Positions 53,646 to 62,532 of a stretch of DNA of 64,000 nucleotides are shown piece by piece. Under the pieces are notes generated by a model. That model did no database searches. It was not told where the DNA came from and saw only the letters and a list, made by a program, of their open reading frames with translations. How positions within the stretch are numbered: the stretch's first letter is position 1; every line of letters starts with the position of its first letter. Position numbers and translations under genes: made by a program. This DNA is from Myxococcota bacterium (GTDB taxonomy: Bacteria; Myxococcota_A; UBA9042; PHBI01; JAWLBL01): positions 15,693-79,692 of the forward strand of contig JAWLBL010000035.1 of NCBI GenBank assembly GCA_041687695.1. The letters run 5' to 3'.

Positions 53646-53661
53646 TGGCACACGCCTTGCG
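53646..53661 (+). promoter_or_regulatory. sigma54 (-24/-12) promoter
   Basis: TGGCACACGCCTTGCG, near-consensus, ~85 bp upstream of ATG 53745. Confidence 0.75.
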
Positions 53662-53744
53662 ATGGCTCCCTGGTGAACGAGCGACGCCCCAGCGCCACCG
53701 TGGCGCGACCCGGCCGCGCTCGCCCACCCCCAGGAGCCTGCCGC

Positions 53745-54461
53745 ATGACGTTCCGCTCATCTCCCCACGCCGCCCCGCGCCGCGTCGGCCTCGCCGTCCT
53801 GAGCGCCGCCGCCTTCGCCCTCCTGGCGGCGGGCTGCCTCGACACCGAGGCCGAGGCCTCCGCGCCCGATCCCGCCCCGCAGTGCACCGGCGCCGCGTGC
53901 GACGACCCTCCGGAGTCCCAGGAGCCCGCCTGCGTCGTCGACACCGACTGCGAGGCCGGCCACACCTGCGACGAGGGCGAGTGCCTGCACATCGACCCGC
54001 CCGAGGGCTGCCTGTCCGACAGCGACTGCCCCGCGGGCGACACCTGCGTCGACGGGGACTGCGCCCCCGAGACCGAGACGCCGGCCGAGGACGACGAGCC
54101 CGCCCCCAACCAGGACCAATGCGCCAGCGACCACGACTGCCCCGCCGGCACCGTCTGCGACACCGGCCCCTGCGCCCCCTGCGTCCCTGGCGACGACGGC
54201 GAGTACGCCTGCCCGCCCTGCTTCAAGGTCTGCTACGGCCCCGGCGTCGAGCAGCCCTCCGAAGGCGAACCCACCGAGCACGGCGAGGAGCCGGAGCAGC
54301 CTGAGCAGCCGGCCCCCAACCAGGACCAATGCGCCAGCGACGACGACTGCCCCGCCGGCACCGTCTGCGACACCGGCCCCTGCGAGCCCTGCGTCCCCGG
54401 TGACGACGGCGAGTACGTCTGCCCGCCCTGCTTCAAGGTCTGCTACGGCCCCGGCGCCTGA
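53745..54461 (+). CDS. acidic cysteine-rich lipoprotein with internal duplication
   Basis: Lipobox AAGC; C..D.DC..G..C repeats; duplicated C-terminal module. Confidence 0.8.
   Translation: MTFRSSPHAAPRRVGLAVLSAAAFALLAAGCLDTEAEASAPDPAPQCTGAACDDPPESQEPACVVDTDCEAGHTCDEGECLHIDPPEGCLSDSDCPAGDTCVDGDCAPETETPAEDDEPAPNQDQCASDHDCPAGTVCDTGPCAPCVPGDDGEYACPPCFKVCYGPGVEQPSEGEPTEHGEEPEQPEQPAPNQDQCASDDDCPAGTVCDTGPCEPCVPGDDGEYVCPPCFKVCYGPGA
54102..54456 (+). repeat. ~145 bp intragenic direct repeat (54102-54246 and 54312-54456)
   Basis: Two copies 210 bp apart with about 6 mismatches by eye. Confidence 0.9.
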
Positions 54462-54468
54462 CCGGCAA

Positions 54469-54503
54469 GCGCGCGCGCCGGGGGCTCTCTCCGGCGCGCG
54501 CGC
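54469..54503. terminator. GC-rich hairpin after the Cys-rich lipoprotein gene
   Basis: GCGCGCGCCGG...CCGGCGCGCGC followed by CCTTGT. Confidence 0.45.
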
Positions 54504-54629
54504 CCTTGTCCCGGCCACCTCCGGCCACTTCGCCTTGACAGGTGGGCCTCCTCCCCCGGTCTCCCGACTCGAGCAGGCACGCCCCGGCGCGCCGATTTTC
54601 CTCTCGACCGACCCTGGGAGCCCCCTCCG

Positions 54630-55982
54630 ATGTCCGCCTTCGCCTCTGGTCTCCGCGCCCTGTCCGCCGCCGCGGCTTGCGTCGCCGTCGTCGCCACCGT
54701 CGCCCCCGCGGGGGCGCTCACCGACTATCAGAAGAACCAGGTCCTGCAGCACCTGGACAGCCCGCGCATGCGCCTGGACCAGGCCATCTTCGACGGCCAG
54801 CGGTTCGTGCAAGGCGTCGAGTTCCAGAAGGTCAGCGCCTACTACGCGGCCTTCGTGGACGAGCTGAACAAGGCCATCGCCGCCTGGAACAAGTACTCGG
54901 ACGCGGACCGCGCCTCGCCCGACATCCAGCCCATCCAGGCCAAGCTCGTCGCCGCCATCAACTGGGGCAAGGCGATGAACGCCGTCTACCCGCAGCTCGA
55001 GGCCGAACACGAGGCCAAGGCCGCCGCCGCCCAGAACCAGGCCAAGCAGCAGGCGGCCCTCGACAAGGCCGGCCAGGCGGCGCATCACGCCAAGTGCCAG
55101 GCCTTCGCCAAGGGCGCGGTCAACAACACGCCGCTGCGCGATCCCATGCACCGGATGGTCGACCTGCTGACCAACCACTACCCCTACGACCTCGCCAGCG
55201 TGAAGAGCATCGACAAGCACCGCGCGGCGCTGACCGAGGTCGCCGGGCTCTGCGCCGACCCCCAGTTCGACGAGGCCTTCTTCGCGCGCCCCTGCTGGTT
55301 CAACGAGCGCGGCCCGGCCGACGATCTGCGGCGCAACAGCCCCAAGCACTGGTGCGACGCCGCGGCCCAACGCGACTCCCTGCTGCGGCAGGCCGCCATC
55401 AACCACGCCGCCAAGCTGAACGAGCGCGCCGACTCCCAAGGCGTCGGCCCCGACGACCTCCAGCGCCGCGAGGGCTGGCTGACCTCCGAGCAGTTCATCA
55501 CCTACCTGGACGTGACCACGGTCACCCCCGAGCAGAAGAAGGCCCGCCTCGCCAAGCTGGGCCCGGTCCTCGAGGCCGCCGGCGTGACCGACATCGCCGC
55601 CCTGCCCATCTGGGCCGCCGACGAGGCGCGCAAGGCCGCCTTCAAGGTCCGGCTCGACCAGCTCGCCCCCACCTGGGACCTCCCCGCCAACGCCGGCTCG
55701 GACTACAGCGTGGCCCTGGCCAAGAAGATCATCAAGAAGGCCCACCCCAAGGCCAAGGGCCTCACGGCCTGGCTCAGCCGCGCCACCTGGCACATCGACA
55801 AGAACGCCGCGGGCATCCCCACCCAGCGCACCAAGCCCGGCTACGCCCTCTTCCAGCTGCCCGGCGAGCCCTGGTGCCAGCTCTGGTCCTACACCCTCTC
55901 CGAGGGCTACGCCGGCGGCGGCAAGTACCAGAAGGCCCAGGGCGTCAACCTGCACAGCGTCCGCTGGCAGCGCTGCAAATAG
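54630..55982 (+). CDS. secreted hypothetical protein
   Basis: Signal peptide, helical body, C-terminal WHIDKNAAGIP..R...C...Y.GGGKY segment; strong GC3 bias. Confidence 0.8.
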   Translation: MSAFASGLRALSAAAACVAVVATVAPAGALTDYQKNQVLQHLDSPRMRLDQAIFDGQRFVQGVEFQKVSAYYAAFVDELNKAIAAWNKYSDADRASPDIQPIQAKLVAAINWGKAMNAVYPQLEAEHEAKAAAAQNQAKQQAALDKAGQAAHHAKCQAFAKGAVNNTPLRDPMHRMVDLLTNHYPYDLASVKSIDKHRAALTEVAGLCADPQFDEAFFARPCWFNERGPADDLRRNSPKHWCDAAAQRDSLLRQAAINHAAKLNERADSQGVGPDDLQRREGWLTSEQFITYLDVTTVTPEQKKARLAKLGPVLEAAGVTDIAALPIWAADEARKAAFKVRLDQLAPTWDLPANAGSDYSVALAKKIIKKAHPKAKGLTAWLSRATWHIDKNAAGIPTQRTKPGYALFQLPGEPWCQLWSYTLSEGYAGGGKYQKAQGVNLHSVRWQRCK

Positions 55983-56106
55983 CGCCTCCGCGGCCGCCCC
56001 ACCCGCCCGACGCCCCCGCCGAGCCCATCGCTCCTCGGGGGCGTCCTCATTGGCGCTCACGGATGGCGCAGCCGGTCACGTGCGACCCACCGCGCCTCGC
56101 CCAACC

Positions 56107-56382
56107 TCAGGGGCACTTCTGGTTGGCCACCGCCGTCCGGATCGCCTCGGCGTCTCCGGAGGCCAGCACGGCGTCGAACAGGCCGCGGGCCTCGGTGGCC
56201 TCCTTGGTGAACTTGATCTTGTCGTTCGGCTCGGTCGCGGCCTTGGCCGCCTCGACCGCCTTCTCCATGTTGCAGCGGTGCACCAGCGCGCTGGCCACCA
56301 GCTCCTGGTCCGGCCCACAGCCGCCCATCAGCAAGCTGCTTCCCACGAGCCCCACCACGACGGCCGTGCAGATTCCCTTCAT
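56107..56382 (-). CDS. small hypothetical lipoprotein
   Basis: MKGICTAVVVGLVGSSLLMGGC leader. Confidence 0.65.
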   Translation of the reverse strand: MKGICTAVVVGLVGSSLLMGGCGPDQELVASALVHRCNMEKAVEAAKAATEPNDKIKFTKEATEARGLFDAVLASGDAEAIRTAVANQKCP

Positions 56383-56476
56383 CGTGTCTCTCCCATCCAA
56401 GTGACTACGCGGACGAAAGTGCGACGCCTGAGGCGTCTGTCCGGCGGGACCGTCCGCGAACGCCCCACCGGCCGCT

Positions 56477-58354
56477 TCACGGCTCCAGCAGCCGGAAATA
56501 GATCTCGGTCGACGGGTGCCGGAAGTCGGTCCACGAGACCGCCAGCTGACCGCCGGTCCACGTCAGGCTCGGCCCCTGCGCCTTGGCGGCCCCGCACGAC
56601 ACCAGTTGGTCCGGGCCCAGCTTCTGCCCCGCCGCGCTCAGGTGCGCCAGATACACGCGCGTCGTGCCGTCCCGCTTGTCCGACCACGCGACGGCATACT
56701 GCCCCCCGGTCCACACCAGGCTCGGCCCCGGGATGTCCGCCGTCGTCGCGACCTGCACGTCGCCGCCCAGCTTCTGCCCCGCCGCGCTCAGCCGCGCCAG
56801 CCGAATCTGCGGCAACCCGTCGCGGTCGTCGTACCAGGCCACGGCATACTCCTGCCCGGTCCAGACCAGGCTGGGCGCATACGACGTGCCGGCGGCCTCG
56901 CTGACCCGCACGTCCCCGCCGATCTTCGTGCCCTGCCCGTCCAGCCGCGCGAAGTAGATCTCCAGGTTGCCATCCCGCGTGTCGTTCCAAGCGACGCCAT
57001 ACTCGCTGCCCGTCCACACGATGGACGGATACTCGGCCACGCCCTCACCGCCGCTGATGGCCGCGTCGCCGCCCACCAGCTGCCCGTCCCCGGTCACCCG
57101 CGCCACGTGCAGCCACGACACGTTCATGGTCGCGGGCGCCGGCCCGTCGTCGCGCCAGCCAAGCAAGTACTCTCCGGCCTGCGGGTTCCAGCCCACCCCC
57201 GCCGTGAACGCCAGCGCCGTCGTCGAGGTCAGCTGCAGCTCGCCCCCGACCGGCGCCCCCAGCGGCGTCACCCGCTGGAAGTACATCTGGTTCGACCCGG
57301 TGCGGACGTCGCTGAAGGCGATGCCCACCTCGCTACCCGACCACGCGGCCCGCGGCGGGTGCGCCACCGTCCCCGACCCGACCGCCAGCGCCGGCGCCCC
57401 GACCAGCCCGCCGCCCGCGTCCAGCGTCGCCAGCCGATAGTTCCACGCCTGACCGTCGGCCTCGGCGATCTCCAGCCACAGGACCACGTGCTGGCTGCCC
57501 GTCCACAGCGTCCACGGCCCCGAGGACTGGTGCGCGTCGTCCGACACCCGCACCTCGACCGCCCCCTCGCACGTGTCGACGCACCCCTCCCCATCGCAGG
57601 CCGGCACGCACGCGCCCGCCTCGCACACCTCGCCACCCGCACACGCCGTGTCCACCCACGGGTACGAGCACTCGCCCTTGCCCACGCACTCGCCCGGCCC
57701 GCTCCACGTGCGCACCGACCCGGCGTCCACGCACGCGGCCGCCGGCGGCGTCGAGCACGTCACCCCGGCGCACCCGGCCGCTATGCCCGTCCCGCTCAGC
57801 GGCACGACCACCTCCTCCGCCCCCGCGGCGTTGGTCGTCAGCACCAGCGTCCCCGTCGCCTCGCCGGGCAGCGCCGGCTTGAACGTCACCGCGACGTCCC
57901 CGCTCTCGCTCGCCCCCAACACCAGCGTCCCCGCCTCGGTCGAAAACGCCGAGCCCTCGGCCTCGACGGCGACCACGGCGACCAGGCTCCCCCCGCCCGC
58001 GTTCGTCACCGTCACCGCCAGCGTCTTCGTCTGCCCTCCGATGACCTCCCCGAACTCCAACGCCTCGGGCGCGACGACCGCCGCCGGCTCGCCCCCCACG
58101 TCCCCCGCGTCGCCCTGGACGCCATCCCCGGCCTCCCAGCCGTCCCCGCCCAGCCCGTCCTCGTCCAGCGGCTCCCCGTCCTCACCGTCCCCGTCCTCGA
58201 CGTCGGCCTCGGCCTTGCTGTCGACCGGCACGTCCACGGTCCCGAACTGCGTCGGCGCGTCGACCCCCTCGCCGACCTCTCCCGTCCGCGCCGAGCTGCA
58301 CCCCGCCAGCCCCACCACCAGCGCGGCCCACACCGCCCCCGCTCTCCCCGCCAT
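56477..58354 (-). CDS. lipoprotein with Ig-like (choice-of-anchor D/ASH-like) domain and C-terminal repeated beta-propeller-like region
   Basis: Lipobox LAGC; LEFGEV..G.T....VTN.G...VVVPLSGTG; repeats PSLVWTG.EY.VAW.D.RDG. Confidence 0.8.
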   Translation of the reverse strand: MAGRAGAVWAALVVGLAGCSSARTGEVGEGVDAPTQFGTVDVPVDSKAEADVEDGDGEDGEPLDEDGLGGDGWEAGDGVQGDAGDVGGEPAAVVAPEALEFGEVIGGQTKTLAVTVTNAGGGSLVAVVAVEAEGSAFSTEAGTLVLGASESGDVAVTFKPALPGEATGTLVLTTNAAGAEEVVVPLSGTGIAAGCAGVTCSTPPAAACVDAGSVRTWSGPGECVGKGECSYPWVDTACAGGEVCEAGACVPACDGEGCVDTCEGAVEVRVSDDAHQSSGPWTLWTGSQHVVLWLEIAEADGQAWNYRLATLDAGGGLVGAPALAVGSGTVAHPPRAAWSGSEVGIAFSDVRTGSNQMYFQRVTPLGAPVGGELQLTSTTALAFTAGVGWNPQAGEYLLGWRDDGPAPATMNVSWLHVARVTGDGQLVGGDAAISGGEGVAEYPSIVWTGSEYGVAWNDTRDGNLEIYFARLDGQGTKIGGDVRVSEAAGTSYAPSLVWTGQEYAVAWYDDRDGLPQIRLARLSAAGQKLGGDVQVATTADIPGPSLVWTGGQYAVAWSDKRDGTTRVYLAHLSAAGQKLGPDQLVSCGAAKAQGPSLTWTGGQLAVSWTDFRHPSTEIYFRLLEP

Positions 58355-58538
58355 GACATCCCCCTGCGCGATGGCCCGACCATACCCGCCCCCCGCCCCA
58401 CTGTCACCGCCCCCCCACACAGTCGTCCGTCCCCTTGGCCCACCCGCTTCCAGTCGGCCGAAACGCCGCCAAACGAGGCGCCGCGAGCGGCGCGATCCAG
58501 CGAGCCCTCGCGAGCGAGGGCACTCCAGAGCCGCGTCA

Positions 58539-58792
58539 GCTCCCCCTGGGACCGCCGGCTTCCAGCCGGCCCCGAGCCCCGACCATCTCAGCGCCCTGAC
58601 CCGCGCCGGCCACGCCGGCGCTATGGACCGCGCCGGCCACGCCGGCGCTATGGACCGCGCCGGCCACGCCGGCGCTATGGACCGCCCCTCCCACCCCGAC
58701 GCTCTCGACCGCGCCCTGCTCCAGACGCTCCCCCCCTGGGACCGCCGGCTTCCAGCCGGCCCGAACCCCGACCACCCCAGCGCCCTGACCCG
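58539..58792 (+). repeat. composite intergenic repeat: two ~65 bp REP-like direct repeats flanking 3 x 27 bp tandem units
   Basis: CCCCCTGGGACCGCCGGCTTCCAGCCGGCCC...CAGCGCCCTGACCCG at ~58540 and ~58730; CCGCGCCGGCCACGCCGGCGCTATGGA at 58601, 58628, 58655. Confidence 0.9.
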
Positions 58793-58888
58793 TACCGCCA
58801 GCCCCCACCCGGGCGAGGCTGGACCAGGCGACTTGCGCTCGACGACCGTCCGGCTATGCTCACGATCCGTTCGACAGGGGGAGGCGAC

Positions 58889-59974
58889 ATGGGGGCGACC
58901 TGGGACCTGTTCGTCGACGAGTCTGGCGACTTCGCCGACGCAGCTGACGCCGTCGTGGTGGCCGGCGTGCTCGTCCGTCGCGGCTGCAAGGCCTTCGCGC
59001 CGATGCGCCTCGAGCACGCGCTGAGGGCCGCCGCGCCCCACGTGCCCTGGCCGCTGCACACGAGCCTCATCTGGCGGCCCAGCGCGCACGTCCTCTGGCG
59101 CGCGCACGAGGGAGCCGCGCAGCCCGCCGACGCACGCGCCCTCGACCTGCTCCGGCGCGCCTGCCCCGACCTCCTCGCGGCGGTCCAGGCCCAGCTCGCG
59201 CGTGGCGCCGAGCCCCGACACGCCGACCTCGTCCTGCTCGAGCGGACCCTCCGCGGGCTGGACGGCGAGACGTGGCCCCGGCTCACACGAGCAGCCCACC
59301 ACACCGCGACCCGCATCCGCCAGGTCCTCGTCACGGCCGCCCGTCAGGCTGGCGACGACGTCGCCCTCGTGACGGCGGCCGAGTCGACGCTGGGCGACGC
59401 GGTCCCTGCCGGCGGCACCTCAGGCGACCGCTACCTGACGCTCCTGACGCGCCTGCTCGAGCGCCTCGCCGACGCCCTCGCCCGCGAGGCCGGCGACCAC
59501 GAGGTCCGCCTCCACGTCCTCGGCCGCGACGTCCAGGACCCGCTCCTGCACCGCCCGACGCCGCTGCACGTCCGCCACCTCACCGCGGCCGCCCAGGACG
59601 CCACCCGCGCCGAAGACCGGCGGGTGACGACCTCCGCCGGCTCGGTCCGCCTCGTGCCGCAGCCCGTCCTCGCGTTCGACGCCCACGCGCCGGCCGGCGC
59701 CGTGGCGGCCGACCTCGTCGCCAACGCCATCCGCCGCGACGTCAACGCGAGCGCCGGGCTCCGCGACCTGTCGGCCGCCCTGTCGGACAAGCTCAGCATG
59801 GGCCCGACGCTGGCCGGGCGCCCGCTCGTCACCGCCTCGGGCGCCGCCGCGGCCTGGCTCGACCACGCGCGCGGCGGGCGCGTCGGCCCCCTCGCCGGCG
59901 GCCTCCGGCGCTGGGCGCTCGAACAGGCGCTGGCCTGGGGACGCGAGCTCGCCCCCGAGGAGGTCCCGGCATGA
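58889..59974 (+). CDS. DUF3800-like RNase H-fold protein
   Basis: N-terminal LFVDESGDF..VVVAGVL and late AADLVAN; RBS GGAGG. Confidence 0.6.
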   Translation: MGATWDLFVDESGDFADAADAVVVAGVLVRRGCKAFAPMRLEHALRAAAPHVPWPLHTSLIWRPSAHVLWRAHEGAAQPADARALDLLRRACPDLLAAVQAQLARGAEPRHADLVLLERTLRGLDGETWPRLTRAAHHTATRIRQVLVTAARQAGDDVALVTAAESTLGDAVPAGGTSGDRYLTLLTRLLERLADALAREAGDHEVRLHVLGRDVQDPLLHRPTPLHVRHLTAAAQDATRAEDRRVTTSAGSVRLVPQPVLAFDAHAPAGAVAADLVANAIRRDVNASAGLRDLSAALSDKLSMGPTLAGRPLVTASGAAAAWLDHARGGRVGPLAGGLRRWALEQALAWGRELAPEEVPA

Positions 59975-60690
59975 CCCTCGTCGAAGCATGGAACGCCCTC
60001 GCGGCCGTGGTCGGGGGGTTCGACGCCCCCGAGCACAAGCAGGCCGTCAAGGTGCTCTACGGCGCCCTGATGACGCTCACCGACAGGACGCGCCTCGGCG
60101 GCGTCGACCCCGCGTCCGTCGAGGACCAGGTCTCGCGCGCCTTCTTCGCCGTGACCCGCGGCGTCCGCGACCCCTTTCCGGTCGAGGACCCGGCCTCGGA
60201 GGCCAAGGTCCTCAAGTACCTCGGCACGACCCTGAGGCGCCTCGTCCTCCGCGCGACCGAGCGAGCCCGCAAGTCCGAGACCGCCTTCGAGGACGTGCGC
60301 GAACCCGGCCACCAGGACACCAGCTCCGCCGTCGAGCTCGCCAACCGGTTCGAGTCCGTCCGCCGCCACGTCGTCGAGCCGTGGGCTGCCACCCGACGCG
60401 CCGGCCGCGGCGACGCCATCCTCCGCGACTTCGCCGAGATGCTCCGCCTGGCCATCGGCCAGGCCACCGTCGCCGATCTCCTGGGCGCCACGGATCTGTC
60501 AGGTGCCGCCACCCCCGAGGCTCTCCATCAGCGACACTCGCGGACGCGCCGCGAGCTGCTCCAATACGTCGAAGACCACGCCGGCGTCACATTGAGCGAA
60601 GAGGACGCCGAGGTCTATCGCGAGCTCCTCGAGCTCCTGAGTCGGCGCAGAACCGACACTCCCCGCAGCGGTGGACGAGGGAGGGCCTGA
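59971..60690 (+). CDS. divergent ECF/sigma70-like protein
   Basis: Region-2-like DPASVEDQVSRAFF..YLGTTLRRLVLR; region-4-like EALHQRHSRTRRELLQ; ATGA overlap. Confidence 0.5.
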   Translation: MTLVEAWNALAAVVGGFDAPEHKQAVKVLYGALMTLTDRTRLGGVDPASVEDQVSRAFFAVTRGVRDPFPVEDPASEAKVLKYLGTTLRRLVLRATERARKSETAFEDVREPGHQDTSSAVELANRFESVRRHVVEPWAATRRAGRGDAILRDFAEMLRLAIGQATVADLLGATDLSGAATPEALHQRHSRTRRELLQYVEDHAGVTLSEEDAEVYRELLELLSRRRTDTPRSGGRGRA

Positions 60691-60692
60691 GC

Positions 60693-61718
60693 ATGCACCC
60701 CAACACGATTCATGAAGCATTGAAGGCCATCGGACTGCCAGGCGCGGCCCTCGGAGAGGCCTTCACCATCCCCTCGCCTGCGAGCGATCCGGTCGCGCGC
60801 GGCTTCGTCCGCCGAGCGGCCCCCGTCGACGTCTCCGACTGGGACGTCCTCGACGTGAATGTGCCCGACGCGCGACGCGCCGGATTCTCGCTTCATTGGA
60901 CGACCCACGAACCCCGGCAGATGTTGGTCAGCCCCTGCGAGCCCGGCCGAACCTTCAGAGTATTGCCGCCAAACGCACCGGGTGTCGTCGCCACGGACGA
61001 CGAGCTCTGGCTCGATCCCGCGACATTACCGCCACTTCTGGCCGTCTTGCTCGACGACGACACGGGACTGACCTTCCAGCCATCCCCAGAAACAGGGCTG
61101 GTGGCACATCCCTTGATTGTCGACCCGCTCCCCATCCCCGACGCATTGGACGTGCCACGACACGTCACATCATGGCTCCAATCCGTTCCCGATCCATGGC
61201 TGGACGATTTGGTGCAAGAAGCGCTCGCATTCGACGATGGCTGGTCGACCTTGATCGCCACAGGACGTTTCGTGCGTCTGAGAGAGCCGACCGACGACGA
61301 ATTGGCAGCCATTCGCAGCGGCACTCCCAACGACACATCCGCGCGAGAGAGGGAATGGGTCCGGTCATTGCCCGCCCAGACCCTCGAGTCCGCGCTCATT
61401 CACCTCCAAACCGCCGCGGAACACCTGCACGACACGTTGGAAGAGGTGGCAAACTCCGTCGCACCCGACAATCCCACCTGGCGGCAATCCTTCCTCGATG
61501 TCCTGCACACCCGCGACGACCTGGAAGGCCTTGCGCTCATCCTGACCGCCGCCGGCTCCGGCGAACGCGTCAAGATGGCACTCTCAGCCCTAGACGCCGC
61601 CGGCGAGACCTGGATTCGCGCCCTCCCGACCCTCCCCGAGCTCGCCGACGACGAACGCCTCTCCCGCGCCTCCGTCGTCAGCCCGCTCGGCTGGTGGACC
61701 GAACCCGTCGATTGGTAG
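60693..61718 (+). CDS. hypothetical protein (helical C-terminal domain, RDDLE...PLGWW)
   Basis: Starts 2 bp after the upstream stop; 341 aa open frame with visibly more AT-ending codons. Confidence 0.75.
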   Translation: MHPNTIHEALKAIGLPGAALGEAFTIPSPASDPVARGFVRRAAPVDVSDWDVLDVNVPDARRAGFSLHWTTHEPRQMLVSPCEPGRTFRVLPPNAPGVVATDDELWLDPATLPPLLAVLLDDDTGLTFQPSPETGLVAHPLIVDPLPIPDALDVPRHVTSWLQSVPDPWLDDLVQEALAFDDGWSTLIATGRFVRLREPTDDELAAIRSGTPNDTSAREREWVRSLPAQTLESALIHLQTAAEHLHDTLEEVANSVAPDNPTWRQSFLDVLHTRDDLEGLALILTAAGSGERVKMALSALDAAGETWIRALPTLPELADDERLSRASVVSPLGWWTEPVDW

Positions 61719-61732
61719 GAGCGCACTTCCGG

Positions 61733-62404
61733 CTACATAGCCGTGCACACGTGCCCGCGCAACATGATGTCGACGATCGATGGTCGTGCGACACGCGGCA
61801 CGGTTTCGGGAAGCGCAGCCTCAATCCGCGCGCCGAAGTCCGCCCGGTCACGCTCCGCTTGCACGACTGCGTTGGCAAGTGAAGCCCGGTCAATCTCGAC
61901 GGCCACCTCGAGACCGTCGTCCGCGCCCTCTTCGGTCGTCCGTGAGAGCTGAAGTCGATCGCCCCAGGCGCGGACATAGATCCACGGATGCCCGATCCAT
62001 ATCATGGCCCACTCCTGCGAGGTGTGCCCAACGGCCTTCTGCCACTCCGCCAGATTGCCCAGGTCCCCACAGCACCCAGGGAATAGCCGCTCATCGCCAT
62101 GCTCGAGCACGTATCCGCCCGATGGTGGCACGATCTCGTCGGAGGCAGCCGAGTCCACCCCGCTCGACGCGTGCTCGAGCACGATCCGCAACGTGTCCGA
62201 ATCCGCCAACTCAGTCACGGCGACCAGCCACGACCCGGGCGCGACAGGGCTCAGCCCGACGATGCCCGCGTCGGCCAGAGAGGCCCGCCAATGGCGCTCC
62301 CAGCCCCGCGGGTCCTCGGCACGGGTGCCAGACGGCGTCGGGTGAGGCTGCCGCGCAAACGCACTCGGCTCCAAGGTCAGAACGGGGATCAGTACGGTCT
62401 GCAC
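61733..62404 (-). CDS. hypothetical protein
   Basis: GTG start after GAAGGAGG; GGYVL...PGCCGDL..L.EW....WIGHPW. Confidence 0.7.
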   Translation of the reverse strand: MQTVLIPVLTLEPSAFARQPHPTPSGTRAEDPRGWERHWRASLADAGIVGLSPVAPGSWLVAVTELADSDTLRIVLEHASSGVDSAASDEIVPPSGGYVLEHGDERLFPGCCGDLGNLAEWQKAVGHTSQEWAMIWIGHPWIYVRAWGDRLQLSRTTEEGADDGLEVAVEIDRASLANAVVQAERDRADFGARIEAALPETVPRVARPSIVDIMLRGHVCTAM

Positions 62405-62532
62405 GGCGCCTCCTTCACTCGGATCGGCGTCGCCGCCTTCCAATGCGCGTTCTGGTCCGCAGAGCGCGAAAAGCCGGTGAACACTGGCACCAACCCTGGA
62501 CCCGGATCCCGCACCCTGCGTGGCCTCGTCGC

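Noticed and set aside
58539..58792. Possible CRISPR array
   Set aside because: The 27-mers are directly abutting with no unique spacers, the longer repeat has only two good copies, and there are no cas genes in the window.
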